A stretch of 64,000 nt of DNA, from IMG/VR virus record IMGVR_UViG_3300008259_003073. One strand, 5' to 3'. The position numbers and the translations under genes are program-made. The notes below the pieces were generated by a model. That model saw only the letters and a program-made list of their open reading frames with translations, was not told the DNA's origin and ran no database searches. Positions 47,221-56,666 of the stretch are shown here, in pieces. The DNA is from a virus. Lineage: Duplodnaviria > Caudoviricetes. How positions within the stretch are numbered: the first letter of the stretch is position 1; each line of letters starts with the position of its first letter.

Positions 47221-48651
47221 TTACAATAATACTGATAGATGATGATAGTTATTCATTGATACATCATTTAATACCTGATATAAACAATTGTTTAAACCAT
47301 CCTTATCTGTGTTATATAATTTAGTTTTAATTTGATTTAAAAATCTTAATTGGTTTATACGAGTTTCTCTATGAACCCAGTTTTTCTCATTCCAACTATT
47401 TGTTTTATGAGATAATAATTTAAATAAAGATTTTCTTCTATACGGAACCGTCATTTCTCTACCTAATGATTCATGTGATTTTATGAAATGGCAATTATTA
47501 ATTTCACCATTATTACCGTTAAAAGATAAATCTAATAGAGTATTTTCTTTGTAGAATTTAAAATCATAATATAATTTTAAATGTTCCGCCGATTTATACG
47601 CTCTAAAATTTTCTAATAAAGAATTTTCCAAAACATTATCTGCTAATATAGAAATTTCTTTATCTTTCAATTTACAATCGTATATTGCAAATTCAGAAAT
47701 CATTCCATAAAAAAAGTTTGGGTTAGAATCCCTTTCAGGTGAACCAACGCCTAAATAAAAGTATTCTTCATCTGAATAATCCTTTGGAGCATTCTTTAGT
47801 TTTTCTGTACCTACTAATTCACCATCTTTATAAAAAGAAATTTCATTTTTTTTATAATCAAAAGTTAAACAAATTTGAGTAAAATGATTAGTTAGTATTT
47901 CTGAATTAATAGAAGTGCAATCATCGGTATCATCCCAAAAATCTACTTTATATCTTCTAAAAGAATTATAACTTATATTCGTATCGTATCCAGGTATTGA
48001 AAATACAGTATATTCATCATAATCATTATTTGGATTTGATATTATTTCATCAGGTTTAAATGTAATTATTATTGATGTATCTTTTTCAAAATCTAATAAG
48101 TCTTTCTTTAGTATCCTGATGTAAGAATCATTTCCACTAAAAGATAACCCATATAATTTTTTGGTTTCATTTTTACCAATAATTTTTGAATCCAATGGAA
48201 TGCTCTTTTGATTAACCCTAAATAAAAGGTCATCATCTTCAAACCCCCATCCCCAATATAAATTAGAATATCCATTTACTCTTTCAAATGTATCAGAACT
48301 AAACATAGTTACACCTCCAAAATAATCATCAAATGATAAGTTTTTGGATTTATCATATTCTAATTCAAAATTGGTTGCAAGGTGCATGGGTAATTCAGAA
48401 TAAGAATAATCAACCTCAATTGGTAGCATATCCACATCGTGAAATACAATATATCCACATCCTAATTCTTTTGCTTTGATATACCCAATATTTAATAACT
48501 TCCCTCTATTAAACGGTTTATCATCGGTCTGTTCAACTACGATAATCTCGTGTTTAATTTTTTTGGATTTTAAATATGAAGACATAGTTTCACCGAATCG
48601 TGCTAAATGCGATTCTCTATCTCTGTATGGTACAATTATTCCTAACTTCAT
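47221..48651 (-). CDS. GT7 glycosyltransferase with inserted LamG domain
   Basis: VPYRDR, FNRGKLLNIG, HDVD, YFGG, NGYSNLYWGWGFEDDD; LamG insert; DGLNN.LY. Confidence 0.85.
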   Translation of the reverse strand: MKLGIIVPYRDRESHLARFGETMSSYLKSKKIKHEIIVVEQTDDKPFNRGKLLNIGYIKAKELGCGYIVFHDVDMLPIEVDYSYSELPMHLATNFELEYDKSKNLSFDDYFGGVTMFSSDTFERVNGYSNLYWGWGFEDDDLLFRVNQKSIPLDSKIIGKNETKKLYGLSFSGNDSYIRILKKDLLDFEKDTSIIITFKPDEIISNPNNDYDEYTVFSIPGYDTNISYNSFRRYKVDFWDDTDDCTSINSEILTNHFTQICLTFDYKKNEISFYKDGELVGTEKLKNAPKDYSDEEYFYLGVGSPERDSNPNFFYGMISEFAIYDCKLKDKEISILADNVLENSLLENFRAYKSAEHLKLYYDFKFYKENTLLDLSFNGNNGEINNCHFIKSHESLGREMTVPYRRKSLFKLLSHKTNSWNEKNWVHRETRINQLRFLNQIKTKLYNTDKDGLNNCLYQVLNDVSMNNYHHLSVLL

Positions 48652-48656
48652 TTAGA

Positions 48657-48998
48657 TTATACTTTTTCTATATCTTTTTTAGGTCTTGCTCTACGAGGTG
48701 GCGGTAATTCTGCATCATTTTCAATTTGAGCAGGTTCGGTGGGAATACTTCCTTTAAAAGATGTTTCTGAACTAGATGATGACCCATTTTCTTTTGCAAT
48801 GTTGTAGAATTCATAAAGATAATACGCAACTCTATCACTCCATTCTGATTTGTTAATTTCTTCAAACCAAATAGTAAGTGCATCTAAAGAATTGGCAATT
48901 TTTTCCAATGCTTTAACTTTTCTAGTTTCCAATACTACCGATTCCAAATTTTGTTCAGGTGTAGTTGTTGTGTCAGATTGTAACTTAACTTTCGCCAT
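48657..48998 (-). CDS. Hypothetical protein
   Basis: 113 aa, in operon orientation between GT7 genes; no recognised motif. Confidence 0.45.
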   Translation of the reverse strand: MAKVKLQSDTTTTPEQNLESVVLETRKVKALEKIANSLDALTIWFEEINKSEWSDRVAYYLYEFYNIAKENGSSSSSETSFKGSIPTEPAQIENDAELPPPRRARPKKDIEKV

Positions 48999-49004
48999 TT
49001 ATTT

Positions 49005-50462
49005 TTATATTTTAATTTGATGCTTATAAACTCCTGTTTTAATTTCTTCTGTTGATACTAAATCATATGATAATGTATTTAATCCAAATTTATCAGTATC
49101 TAATATATCAGTTGCAATTTCATAAAAGAAAATACCTTCATTTTCTTCAAAAATATCATCTTTTACTTTCCAACTATAATTTTGTAATTTAGTGAATTTT
49201 TTTGAATTTTCCAAGATTTGAAACCGTCCATTTGATTGTTCTGGCATATCAAATTCATAAGACAGGTTTAATTGTTCAGAATACAATTCCTGATGTAACC
49301 CAGTTGATACTATTCTTGGATTTGAAAATGTTTTAGAATCATCTACATAAAAATCTCCAAACTTTTTATCAAATGGTACATTTATAACTGCTTCAAAATT
49401 TGTAGTTATTGTATCATTTATTGTTTTATACCCATCGGTGTATAGTTTTAATATTTCGGATTCTGCCAATGGGTAATCGAATAATAATAGGTTAGATATT
49501 TTGCCATTAAATGAATTTTTAAATGCCAAACTACCAATCCACAAATCTTTTCCTTTAAAGTCCATTAAATAATTTGGTAATCCATCCAGTGCTTGTACAA
49601 GTTTGCCATCAATGTATAGACCGGCTTTTTTCTTATCCATATCAACCTTTAATGACAGGTTTATCCATTGATTGACATGTGCTTTGTGTGAATACCACAT
49701 TTGATGTAAACTCTTATTATCATCCCACAATTGAACTACAATTGCATCGTTTTTCATAATAAAAATTCCCATATCATAACCTTGTTTCCCAATAATACAC
49801 GCATCGTTTGATTGATTATCGTTAATGAAAACATTCATTGATATTGTAAATGAATCTTCAAAAATATAATCGGTTGTTTTGCTTGCTCTTATAAACACAC
49901 AATTATTTTCATTTGAATCAAAAGGATATATTGTTTTTTTAATATATTTATTTACCTCTTTTACATCTGTTAAAACATGCGGTTTATATATATTTTTAGT
50001 AAAAAATCTCTTTGCAGATAATAATTTGTGTTTTTTTAATCTATATAAGAAATCTATCCAATGAAAAGAACCTCCCCAATAATCGTTACTGAACCCGTTT
50101 GCTTCGAAGAAATTTTCTTTTGTAATTTTAAAAGCTCCGCCTATCCAATGAGGATACGGTTTTAAATTTGCGGCTAAATGTGTTGGGTAGTATTCAAAAT
50201 CATAATTACACGATTCTTGTCTTGGTAGAATATCAATATCGTGGAATATATAATAATCGGAACGATTTTGTGTTATATCCGCACCAATATTACACAGTTT
50301 TCCATAATTAAAATAAACATCCGCATCTATTTGTTCGATGAAATGTATTTCGTAATCTATTTTATCTTTTAAAAAGTATTCCATGTGACCCACAAAGGTA
50401 TACAGGTCTTGTAAACGATTGGAGTACGGTACTATAATTGATAACTTTTTACTATTCGCCAT
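49005..50462 (-). CDS. Degenerate GT7-LamG paralogue
   Basis: VPY, FNYG..CNIG and HDID retained; WGxEDDD replaced by YWGGSFHWID; same LamG insert; FGLN.LSY. Confidence 0.75.
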   Translation of the reverse strand: MANSKKLSIIVPYSNRLQDLYTFVGHMEYFLKDKIDYEIHFIEQIDADVYFNYGKLCNIGADITQNRSDYYIFHDIDILPRQESCNYDFEYYPTHLAANLKPYPHWIGGAFKITKENFFEANGFSNDYWGGSFHWIDFLYRLKKHKLLSAKRFFTKNIYKPHVLTDVKEVNKYIKKTIYPFDSNENNCVFIRASKTTDYIFEDSFTISMNVFINDNQSNDACIIGKQGYDMGIFIMKNDAIVVQLWDDNKSLHQMWYSHKAHVNQWINLSLKVDMDKKKAGLYIDGKLVQALDGLPNYLMDFKGKDLWIGSLAFKNSFNGKISNLLLFDYPLAESEILKLYTDGYKTINDTITTNFEAVINVPFDKKFGDFYVDDSKTFSNPRIVSTGLHQELYSEQLNLSYEFDMPEQSNGRFQILENSKKFTKLQNYSWKVKDDIFEENEGIFFYEIATDILDTDKFGLNTLSYDLVSTEEIKTGVYKHQIKI

Positions 50463-50476
50463 CTTAATAACCTATT

Positions 50477-51325
50477 TTATATAGATATAATTTTTTTAAA
50501 TAATTGTTTCCATTTTGAGTATCCTGAATAATGATAAGTTGGTGATAATTCGAATCCAAATCTCACATCATCCAATGGTAATTTAAATCTAAATTTTGCC
50601 AATTCTCTATACATTTTTCGATATTCTTCTGAATATGAGTAATCTTTATTTATGTTTGCAACTGCTCTAATTCTTTCTCCACAAGTACTATCCCATTTAA
50701 AATGATGTACTTGCACACTGCATTTGTTAATTGGTGCAATCAGTGGATGATTCCAACCTTGCCATTTCCAAGTAGTATGTCCGTCTATTTTTGCATAATG
50801 CTGTCCGTTTGTAATTTCAACATACCCCTTTGCTATACAAATTTTATTAGGATTAGCACCACTTAACGGAAATCTAAAAAATCCTGCGTATGGAAACTTT
50901 TCAAATATGTCATCCGTATCTAATAATTCAACAAATTCACCATCCTCTCCAATTCTATCTATAAATCCACCTCTTACCATTTCCCATCCATTTACATCAC
51001 AATTTGATGTGATACTTCGTAATGAATCCGAATAGACATGGAACTCATCATCATCGGATATTACCCACCAATCGTTTGGATGAGTTGATTTTACTTCATT
51101 GTAAAGTCTTGTTACCTTTTCCCAATTATACTTCTCTTCAATTACCGTTTTTACAATTTTAGCATTTGGAAATTGAGATACTATGGTTTTAACTTCTGAT
51201 AAATTAGATTGCTCTTCCCAATCATATACAACAATATACATTTCATCCACTTTATCTTTGTAGTGGTTTAACATATGTTTTAATGTTGTTGTTCTAGAAC
51301 CTGTTACCGTAACTAATCTAATCAT
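50477..51325 (-). CDS. GT2-like (GT-A fold) glycosyltransferase
   Basis: LKHMLNHY...VDEMYIVVYD; WWVISDDDEF; HHFKW. Confidence 0.7.
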   Translation of the reverse strand: MIRLVTVTGSRTTTLKHMLNHYKDKVDEMYIVVYDWEEQSNLSEVKTIVSQFPNAKIVKTVIEEKYNWEKVTRLYNEVKSTHPNDWWVISDDDEFHVYSDSLRSITSNCDVNGWEMVRGGFIDRIGEDGEFVELLDTDDIFEKFPYAGFFRFPLSGANPNKICIAKGYVEITNGQHYAKIDGHTTWKWQGWNHPLIAPINKCSVQVHHFKWDSTCGERIRAVANINKDYSYSEEYRKMYRELAKFRFKLPLDDVRFGFELSPTYHYSGYSKWKQLFKKIISI

Positions 51326-52080
51326 TTTCTTTTAACTAATGTTAATCCAGTTGATGATGGTTTATTTTTTACTATTCCAAAATTGAATAAATCAAATGTT
51401 TCCCACTTTGGATTATCTTTAAGTTCTTTAGCAAATGTAATTGGTCCATGCCAATCATCAAAATCACCTCTATCTTTTACTTCGTTTGTAACAATGTAAC
51501 TATCTGCATAATTAGGGTCCGTATCGTGGATAGAAATGATACCATTTGGAGAAAGTAACTGCGAATATAGTTCAAAATCCTCTTTTACATTCTCATAACT
51601 ATGACCAGCATCTATATGTAAATAATCTATCTGAATATCATTAAGAATAAAGTAATTATGAAAAGCGTCTTCTGTTGTTTTATTAATAATTCGTGGATGA
51701 AATGTTCTTCTGAAAAATGATTCTTCTCTAAACCAATTTACATGTCCACCAATACCGTTCATAGCATCAACAACATAAGTAACACCAATATCTCCCCAAT
51801 TTAAATCAGAATTTCCTTCAAAAATGCCTTGTTTATGTAAATCGTAACGAGCCTGTGTCATTAATCTAGGTACAAATCCTCCACCTGAACCTAAACATAC
51901 ACAAGTTTTTGCTCTCATATACTGAATAAGAGAATAGATTATTAAACCATCTCCTAAATGATTATCAGTTGCTCCATGTGACCATCTATACGGAACTGGA
52001 ACTTCTTCTTGCTCCTGATATTCGTTATATTCTAAATTGTTTGTTAGATAATTCTTTAAGTATTGTAAATCTTGTAGCAT
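51322..52080 (-). CDS. Class I SAM-dependent methyltransferase
   Basis: CLGSGGG; IDYLHIDAGHSYENVKEDF...L.PNGIISIHD. Confidence 0.85.
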   Translation of the reverse strand: MLQDLQYLKNYLTNNLEYNEYQEQEEVPVPYRWSHGATDNHLGDGLIIYSLIQYMRAKTCVCLGSGGGFVPRLMTQARYDLHKQGIFEGNSDLNWGDIGVTYVVDAMNGIGGHVNWFREESFFRRTFHPRIINKTTEDAFHNYFILNDIQIDYLHIDAGHSYENVKEDFELYSQLLSPNGIISIHDTDPNYADSYIVTNEVKDRGDFDDWHGPITFAKELKDNPKWETFDLFNFGIVKNKPSSTGLTLVKRK

Positions 52081-52142
52081 TAGATTAGTTGATAAAGTAA
52101 AGTGAATACAATATACTAAAAAAAATCTAAATTTACAACACT

Positions 52143-53030
52143 TTATTCATTTATTTTAGTATGATATTTTTCTACATCATCTTTAATTTTTGGCCATAGG
52201 AAATTTGTAAAGAAATCAATTGATTGTTCTTTTGATGGATGAAACCAACCACCCAACATTGTTTGATTTTTGTTGGCAAAGTATTCCAATATACCACCTC
52301 CAAATCCTTTTATCCTAACATCATCGGTAAATATAAATTTATCAAAATCAATTTTTTCTAATAGTTCTGGTATTATATCTGCTTCAAACCAAGAATTTTC
52401 AAATGGTTCTAATTTATCAAATAAACTTTCTGTTTTTAATGTAGCGTAATTTCCTGTATCCACATCAGCTCTTTTTTGAAGATTATATAATTTGTCTACC
52501 GCAACATCCATTTGAAACAAATTACCAATTGTAATCATTTTATATGGTATATTTTTTTCTTTAAAATACTGTTGAGTGTGATATATACTTTCTAATGTTT
52601 GTAATATAGCACCATATATTGAATAATAATTTTCAAAAAATTCTTTCCCATACCCAAATATATCAGTTCCATTTAACATATAGTTTATTTTACCAATTCT
52701 TTCAGGATGCATACTCATTCTTGGAAAATTTTTTGCTCTATCTTCGTTTACAAATACAGGATAATCCCATCTATCGATTGTAGACCATTGAACTATTGCA
52801 TAATCTACATTCGAGTGTGGTTTAGTTGGATTTTTGTAATGTGGTGAATTTAAAAATCTGAATACCTTTCTTCGCATTATATCATTTCCAGAACCACCAC
52901 ATGCTGCATTATACACATCAAACGGGTCTGATGTTTTTTTTGGATTAAATAAGGAATATCCTTCCATTTCAAACCCAATAGGCCAGTTTTCATCTCCTGC
53001 AGTAAAAGAGCATCCGTTTATTAATATCAT
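52143..53030 (-). CDS. SGNH-fold protein (GCSF variant)
   Basis: NGCSFTAG; NAACGGSGND; VQWSTIDR; FHPS. Confidence 0.7.
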   Translation of the reverse strand: MILINGCSFTAGDENWPIGFEMEGYSLFNPKKTSDPFDVYNAACGGSGNDIMRRKVFRFLNSPHYKNPTKPHSNVDYAIVQWSTIDRWDYPVFVNEDRAKNFPRMSMHPERIGKINYMLNGTDIFGYGKEFFENYYSIYGAILQTLESIYHTQQYFKEKNIPYKMITIGNLFQMDVAVDKLYNLQKRADVDTGNYATLKTESLFDKLEPFENSWFEADIIPELLEKIDFDKFIFTDDVRIKGFGGGILEYFANKNQTMLGGWFHPSKEQSIDFFTNFLWPKIKDDVEKYHTKINE

Positions 53031-54349
53031 AGCAATTTATTTATATTATTCATTATATTACAATAATGTGTTATTAATTTTTGTTTGTTTTCTCGTAATA
53101 TTACTGTATTTTTTATAAAAACATTTTTAATGTTATCTACATTTTTATCTTTTAAAAAATTCACTATCATATCGATTTGTTCTAATTCATTTTTATTTTC
53201 AATTCCATTTAATCCAAAATCTTCTAAAAATAAATTTATACCTATTCTATTATATTCTTCATATACTTTATTTGAACCAAATATTAATGCAAACTTTTCA
53301 GATAATACTGGTTTTATTGATTTTTCTGTAAAGAATCCATATTTTAAATTAAAAATACAATGAGTTTCTCCAACCACTTCAAAATATGATAAATCGTATT
53401 CTTTTTCTCTAAAATAATAAAGTAAATGGTCAAATTCAAATGGAGCATTTAATGGTGTAACATTTATTTCATTTCGTAAAGATTTGAGTTTATCAAAATT
53501 TTTAGTTGTAAAGTATTTTATATGATTATCGGTATGTGTTTTAGTATGGTCTGTGTATATATGCCCTTCACTAACCATTTGTGAGTATTCTAATAAAAAT
53601 TTTTCATTTATACAATTCAAACCTGTTTTTAATATATCAAATTCTTTTGCTTTTAACAAAAATTGAACTCTGTGAAATCTCGGTTTCAATGCCTGACTAG
53701 AATATACATATGGTTTTTCAGCATTATGTGTTATATTGAGATTTTTAAACACATCAGAAAAATTGTTATTATACGGTAATTTACCATTAGTATGATGTGG
53801 AAATAAAAAATGTGTAAATTGTCCCTCCGCCATTAAATGAAACATACAATAGAATGAATCATAGTGAAAGTTTTTACCTTCATTAAATAATTCATAGTCT
53901 GTTATTTTAATATAATTAAATTTAAAATCATATCTAAAATATTTTTCATCTATTTCATATTCGTTTGCTTCTAAAAATGCAAAATTGAATAAAACTTTTG
54001 TGTTTCTTTCAACATATAATTTTTCCAATTTATCAAATTCAATTGGATTTTTTTTCATCAATGGTAAATAGAATTCACTCCATATTTTTCTATCAACCAC
54101 AATTATTAAATTATCAATTGGGTTTGAATACAATAAATCAAAAGTAGTTATACCATCAAATGATTTTAAATGATTTAATATATTATATGGGTTTTGTATA
54201 TAATGATGTATTTCAATTTCTTCACCACCATTATTTATAACAATTTTATGATGCTTTTCTATTTCTATTACATTTACAGAAATTAAATTTGCTTCTGGAA
54301 ACAAATTTTGTAACTCATTATATGTTGCTAATATATTTAGTGACCTCAT
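53027..54349 (-). CDS. Putative glycosyltransferase (GT-B-like, ET..TEK..KP family)
   Basis: FEVVGET...FFTEKSIKPV...ALIFG. Confidence 0.5.
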   Translation of the reverse strand: MRSLNILATYNELQNLFPEANLISVNVIEIEKHHKIVINNGGEEIEIHHYIQNPYNILNHLKSFDGITTFDLLYSNPIDNLIIVVDRKIWSEFYLPLMKKNPIEFDKLEKLYVERNTKVLFNFAFLEANEYEIDEKYFRYDFKFNYIKITDYELFNEGKNFHYDSFYCMFHLMAEGQFTHFLFPHHTNGKLPYNNNFSDVFKNLNITHNAEKPYVYSSQALKPRFHRVQFLLKAKEFDILKTGLNCINEKFLLEYSQMVSEGHIYTDHTKTHTDNHIKYFTTKNFDKLKSLRNEINVTPLNAPFEFDHLLYYFREKEYDLSYFEVVGETHCIFNLKYGFFTEKSIKPVLSEKFALIFGSNKVYEEYNRIGINLFLEDFGLNGIENKNELEQIDMIVNFLKDKNVDNIKNVFIKNTVILRENKQKLITHYCNIMNNINKLL

Positions 54350-55301
54350 TTATCCAATTTTGTTTGTTTGTATAAAAATATAATCTTGTTGATAGTTTAT
54401 GAAATTCAGAACTAACTATATCCATATCATCTTCTAAAATTTGTAAATACATTTGATGAAATTCTCCTTTACTATTTGCCCTATATTTGTAATCGATGTG
54501 TGGCATCCAATCGGTATGTATAATTGGAATTTTACCATTATCAACTGCGTCAAAAATTGCATATCCAAATGGTTCTTTTGTATAACATCCGTGAAATATT
54601 TGAAAATTACTTTCAAAAAACTTTTGATGGAATCGATAATCGAATTCTATAAACCTATGGTAATCTGAATTGATTTTAGAACCTTCTAACATTCGTTTGT
54701 AATCATATTTGTTTGAAAATATAATTGATGGAATGTAATCTAAATAATGTGCGTTTTTTCTGGTTTCACATCTAGCAGCATATCCAATTTTGTTAGATAT
54801 AACGCCTGTAAATGGTTTTTTATTTTTCCATTCGTAATAATTTGTGATTGTAATGGTATTTGGATACATTTTATGCATAGTATCGTTTTCATATCCAATC
54901 CAAACTATATTATCGGAATTATCTAGTATTTCTTTTTGCCATTTCCAATCCACTTTAGTCATTAGATTTTCATACTCATCGTTCAATCCTAACATATCAG
55001 GAATAAAAGCATGCACAAAAGTAGTATGAATTTTGTGTAAATAATCTTTCAGTAAATCGTATGGTTTGTAGGGGTGATGTAAGATTACAATTTTATCACA
55101 TTGTTGAAAAATTTTACGAACTTCATTATCGTTTTCGTAAGTATAAACCGCACCTTCTTCTCTAATCAAAGGTCTGCCAACTACAACTATTTTGTAATCT
55201 TCTTTTACTAATGGCAATATATTTTCTACAAAGTTATTGCACCAAATATCTGAACCACCAATAATGTTTTTACCATAACCTGTTGTGATAAATACTATCA
55301 T
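54318..55301 (-). CDS. GT4-like (GT-B fold) glycosyltransferase
   Basis: N-terminal GG..IW loop; EPFGYAIFDAVDNGKIPI (EX7E-like motif). Confidence 0.7.
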   Translation of the reverse strand: MIVFITTGYGKNIIGGSDIWCNNFVENILPLVKEDYKIVVVGRPLIREEGAVYTYENDNEVRKIFQQCDKIVILHHPYKPYDLLKDYLHKIHTTFVHAFIPDMLGLNDEYENLMTKVDWKWQKEILDNSDNIVWIGYENDTMHKMYPNTITITNYYEWKNKKPFTGVISNKIGYAARCETRKNAHYLDYIPSIIFSNKYDYKRMLEGSKINSDYHRFIEFDYRFHQKFFESNFQIFHGCYTKEPFGYAIFDAVDNGKIPIIHTDWMPHIDYKYRANSKGEFHQMYLQILEDDMDIVSSEFHKLSTRLYFYTNKQNWINEVTKYISNI

Positions 55302-55336
55302 ATATAACCACTAATCAATAACTTTTTAATTTCAGA

Positions 55337-55513
55337 TTATTCTGCAGATTCTACGGGAATTAAAATGTATTTGTGAGTATCACCACATTCGTTTGGTTCA
55401 TCAAAAATTTCTTGATGTTCGGCAATCCATTCCATTGCTTGCTCATTAGTTAATGATTCACAACCTTCAATGGGTGTATCTGTTCCTGATAATACTATTT
55501 TCCAAAGTTCCAT
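55337..55513 (-). CDS. Small acidic hypothetical protein, 58 aa (not in the ORF track)
   Basis: MELWKIVLSGTDTPIEGCESLTNEQAMEWIAEHQEIFDEPNECGDTHKYILIPVESAE; preceded by the promoter-like motif. Confidence 0.6.
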   Translation of the reverse strand: MELWKIVLSGTDTPIEGCESLTNEQAMEWIAEHQEIFDEPNECGDTHKYILIPVESAE

Positions 55514-55532
55514 AATTGTTAGTTTTATTTAG

Positions 55533-55541
55533 TATAAATAT
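55533..55541 (-). promoter_or_regulatory. ATATTTATA promoter-like motif
   Basis: Exact motif 19 nt upstream of the ATG at 55513. Confidence 0.6.
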
Positions 55542-55565
55542 AATATTTTTTTGATAAAAGTGATA

Positions 55566-56666
55566 TTAGTTCAACAGTTTCTTAAAAGTGGTTTCCATTT
55601 CCGAATAATCATTTAGGTATTCTATCAACTTATATCTATTTTCTATAGATTTTTCTAAAGAATGATTATATCTTTCTTCTATTTCATCATCTGATGTATT
55701 ATATAACCATTCTGAAAACAGATTTATACTTCTTTCCACATCTTGGGCATTTGTTATATTTTGTACAAAATCAAAATTTAATAAATAAAATCCCATATTT
55801 TTAAGTTCATTTAATGTTTCACTACATGCTACTAAAATTATCGGTTTTCCAAAAAATAAACCCTTATATATTTTTTCTGTAATAAATCTTTCTGGATTAT
55901 TTCTATAATCCAATGTCTCAAATATTAAATTATAATTACAATATACATAATCATTTATTGCTTCGAAATGTTTGTACTTTGGATATAACAAATCATACGC
56001 ATCGTTTGCAGAATCTTTTGGATTTAACATTTTTTCAATTAAAGGATTATTATTAAGAATATCCATTCTCCAGCTACCAGTACGATGTGCTCTTATATAT
56101 GAAAATAACTTTGATTTAGATTTATCATATTTAGGTAATGATATATTATTTACCAATTCTTCTAAATAATAATATCCAATATAGTATCTGAAATATCTAA
56201 ATGGAAATAACAAATCAAAATAAAAATTAGATTCCGTTTCCAGTATTGGTCTTTTTGACCCCGAAAGGATTAAATCATAATTAATTTCCTGTACTCTTTT
56301 TACAAATGCAATATCAAATACTTCACCATAATGCCATATAAATACTTTTTTTATGTTTATATGATTGGTGTTTAACTCAAATAGTTTATCCTCTAATAAT
56401 TTATTTTCTAATTCTCCTGCAAATACTATACATCTATTAAATTTTTTAAAAAATTCAATTGGTTCTTTTATAAAATTACTTAAATTGTTGTAAAAATATA
56501 TTTTACTGTTTAGTTCTTTATGATAGTATATTTGCTTTTCAGAATTATCAAATTTTGTTGCATCAAATTCAGATAAATAATCTACATTTTCTTTACCGAA
56601 CATACCAAGCATTATTGGTAATTGGTTTGAATAAGTTATAAAAACCATTAGATTTTCCTCTATCAT
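55566..56666 (-). CDS. Putative glycosyltransferase (GT-B-like, ET..TEK family)
   Basis: YNLIFET...FITEKIYKGLFFGKPIIL...LKNMGF. Confidence 0.5.
   Translation of the reverse strand: MIEENLMVFITYSNQLPIMLGMFGKENVDYLSEFDATKFDNSEKQIYYHKELNSKIYFYNNLSNFIKEPIEFFKKFNRCIVFAGELENKLLEDKLFELNTNHINIKKVFIWHYGEVFDIAFVKRVQEINYDLILSGSKRPILETESNFYFDLLFPFRYFRYYIGYYYLEELVNNISLPKYDKSKSKLFSYIRAHRTGSWRMDILNNNPLIEKMLNPKDSANDAYDLLYPKYKHFEAINDYVYCNYNLIFETLDYRNNPERFITEKIYKGLFFGKPIILVACSETLNELKNMGFYLLNFDFVQNITNAQDVERSINLFSEWLYNTSDDEIEERYNHSLEKSIENRYKLIEYLNDYSEMETTFKKLLN

Noticed and set aside
12552-54616. Nested minus-strand ORFs in alternative frames (12552-12734, 45463-45687, 48668-48883, 54434-54616)
   Set aside because: Fully inside longer genes, with no recognisable motifs or separate start signals.
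3037-55541. Reading TATAAATA on the plus strand as canonical T4 late promoters driving antisense transcripts
   Set aside because: The motif flips orientation at the only plus-strand gene (62679), so the functional sense is ATATTTATA on the coding strand.
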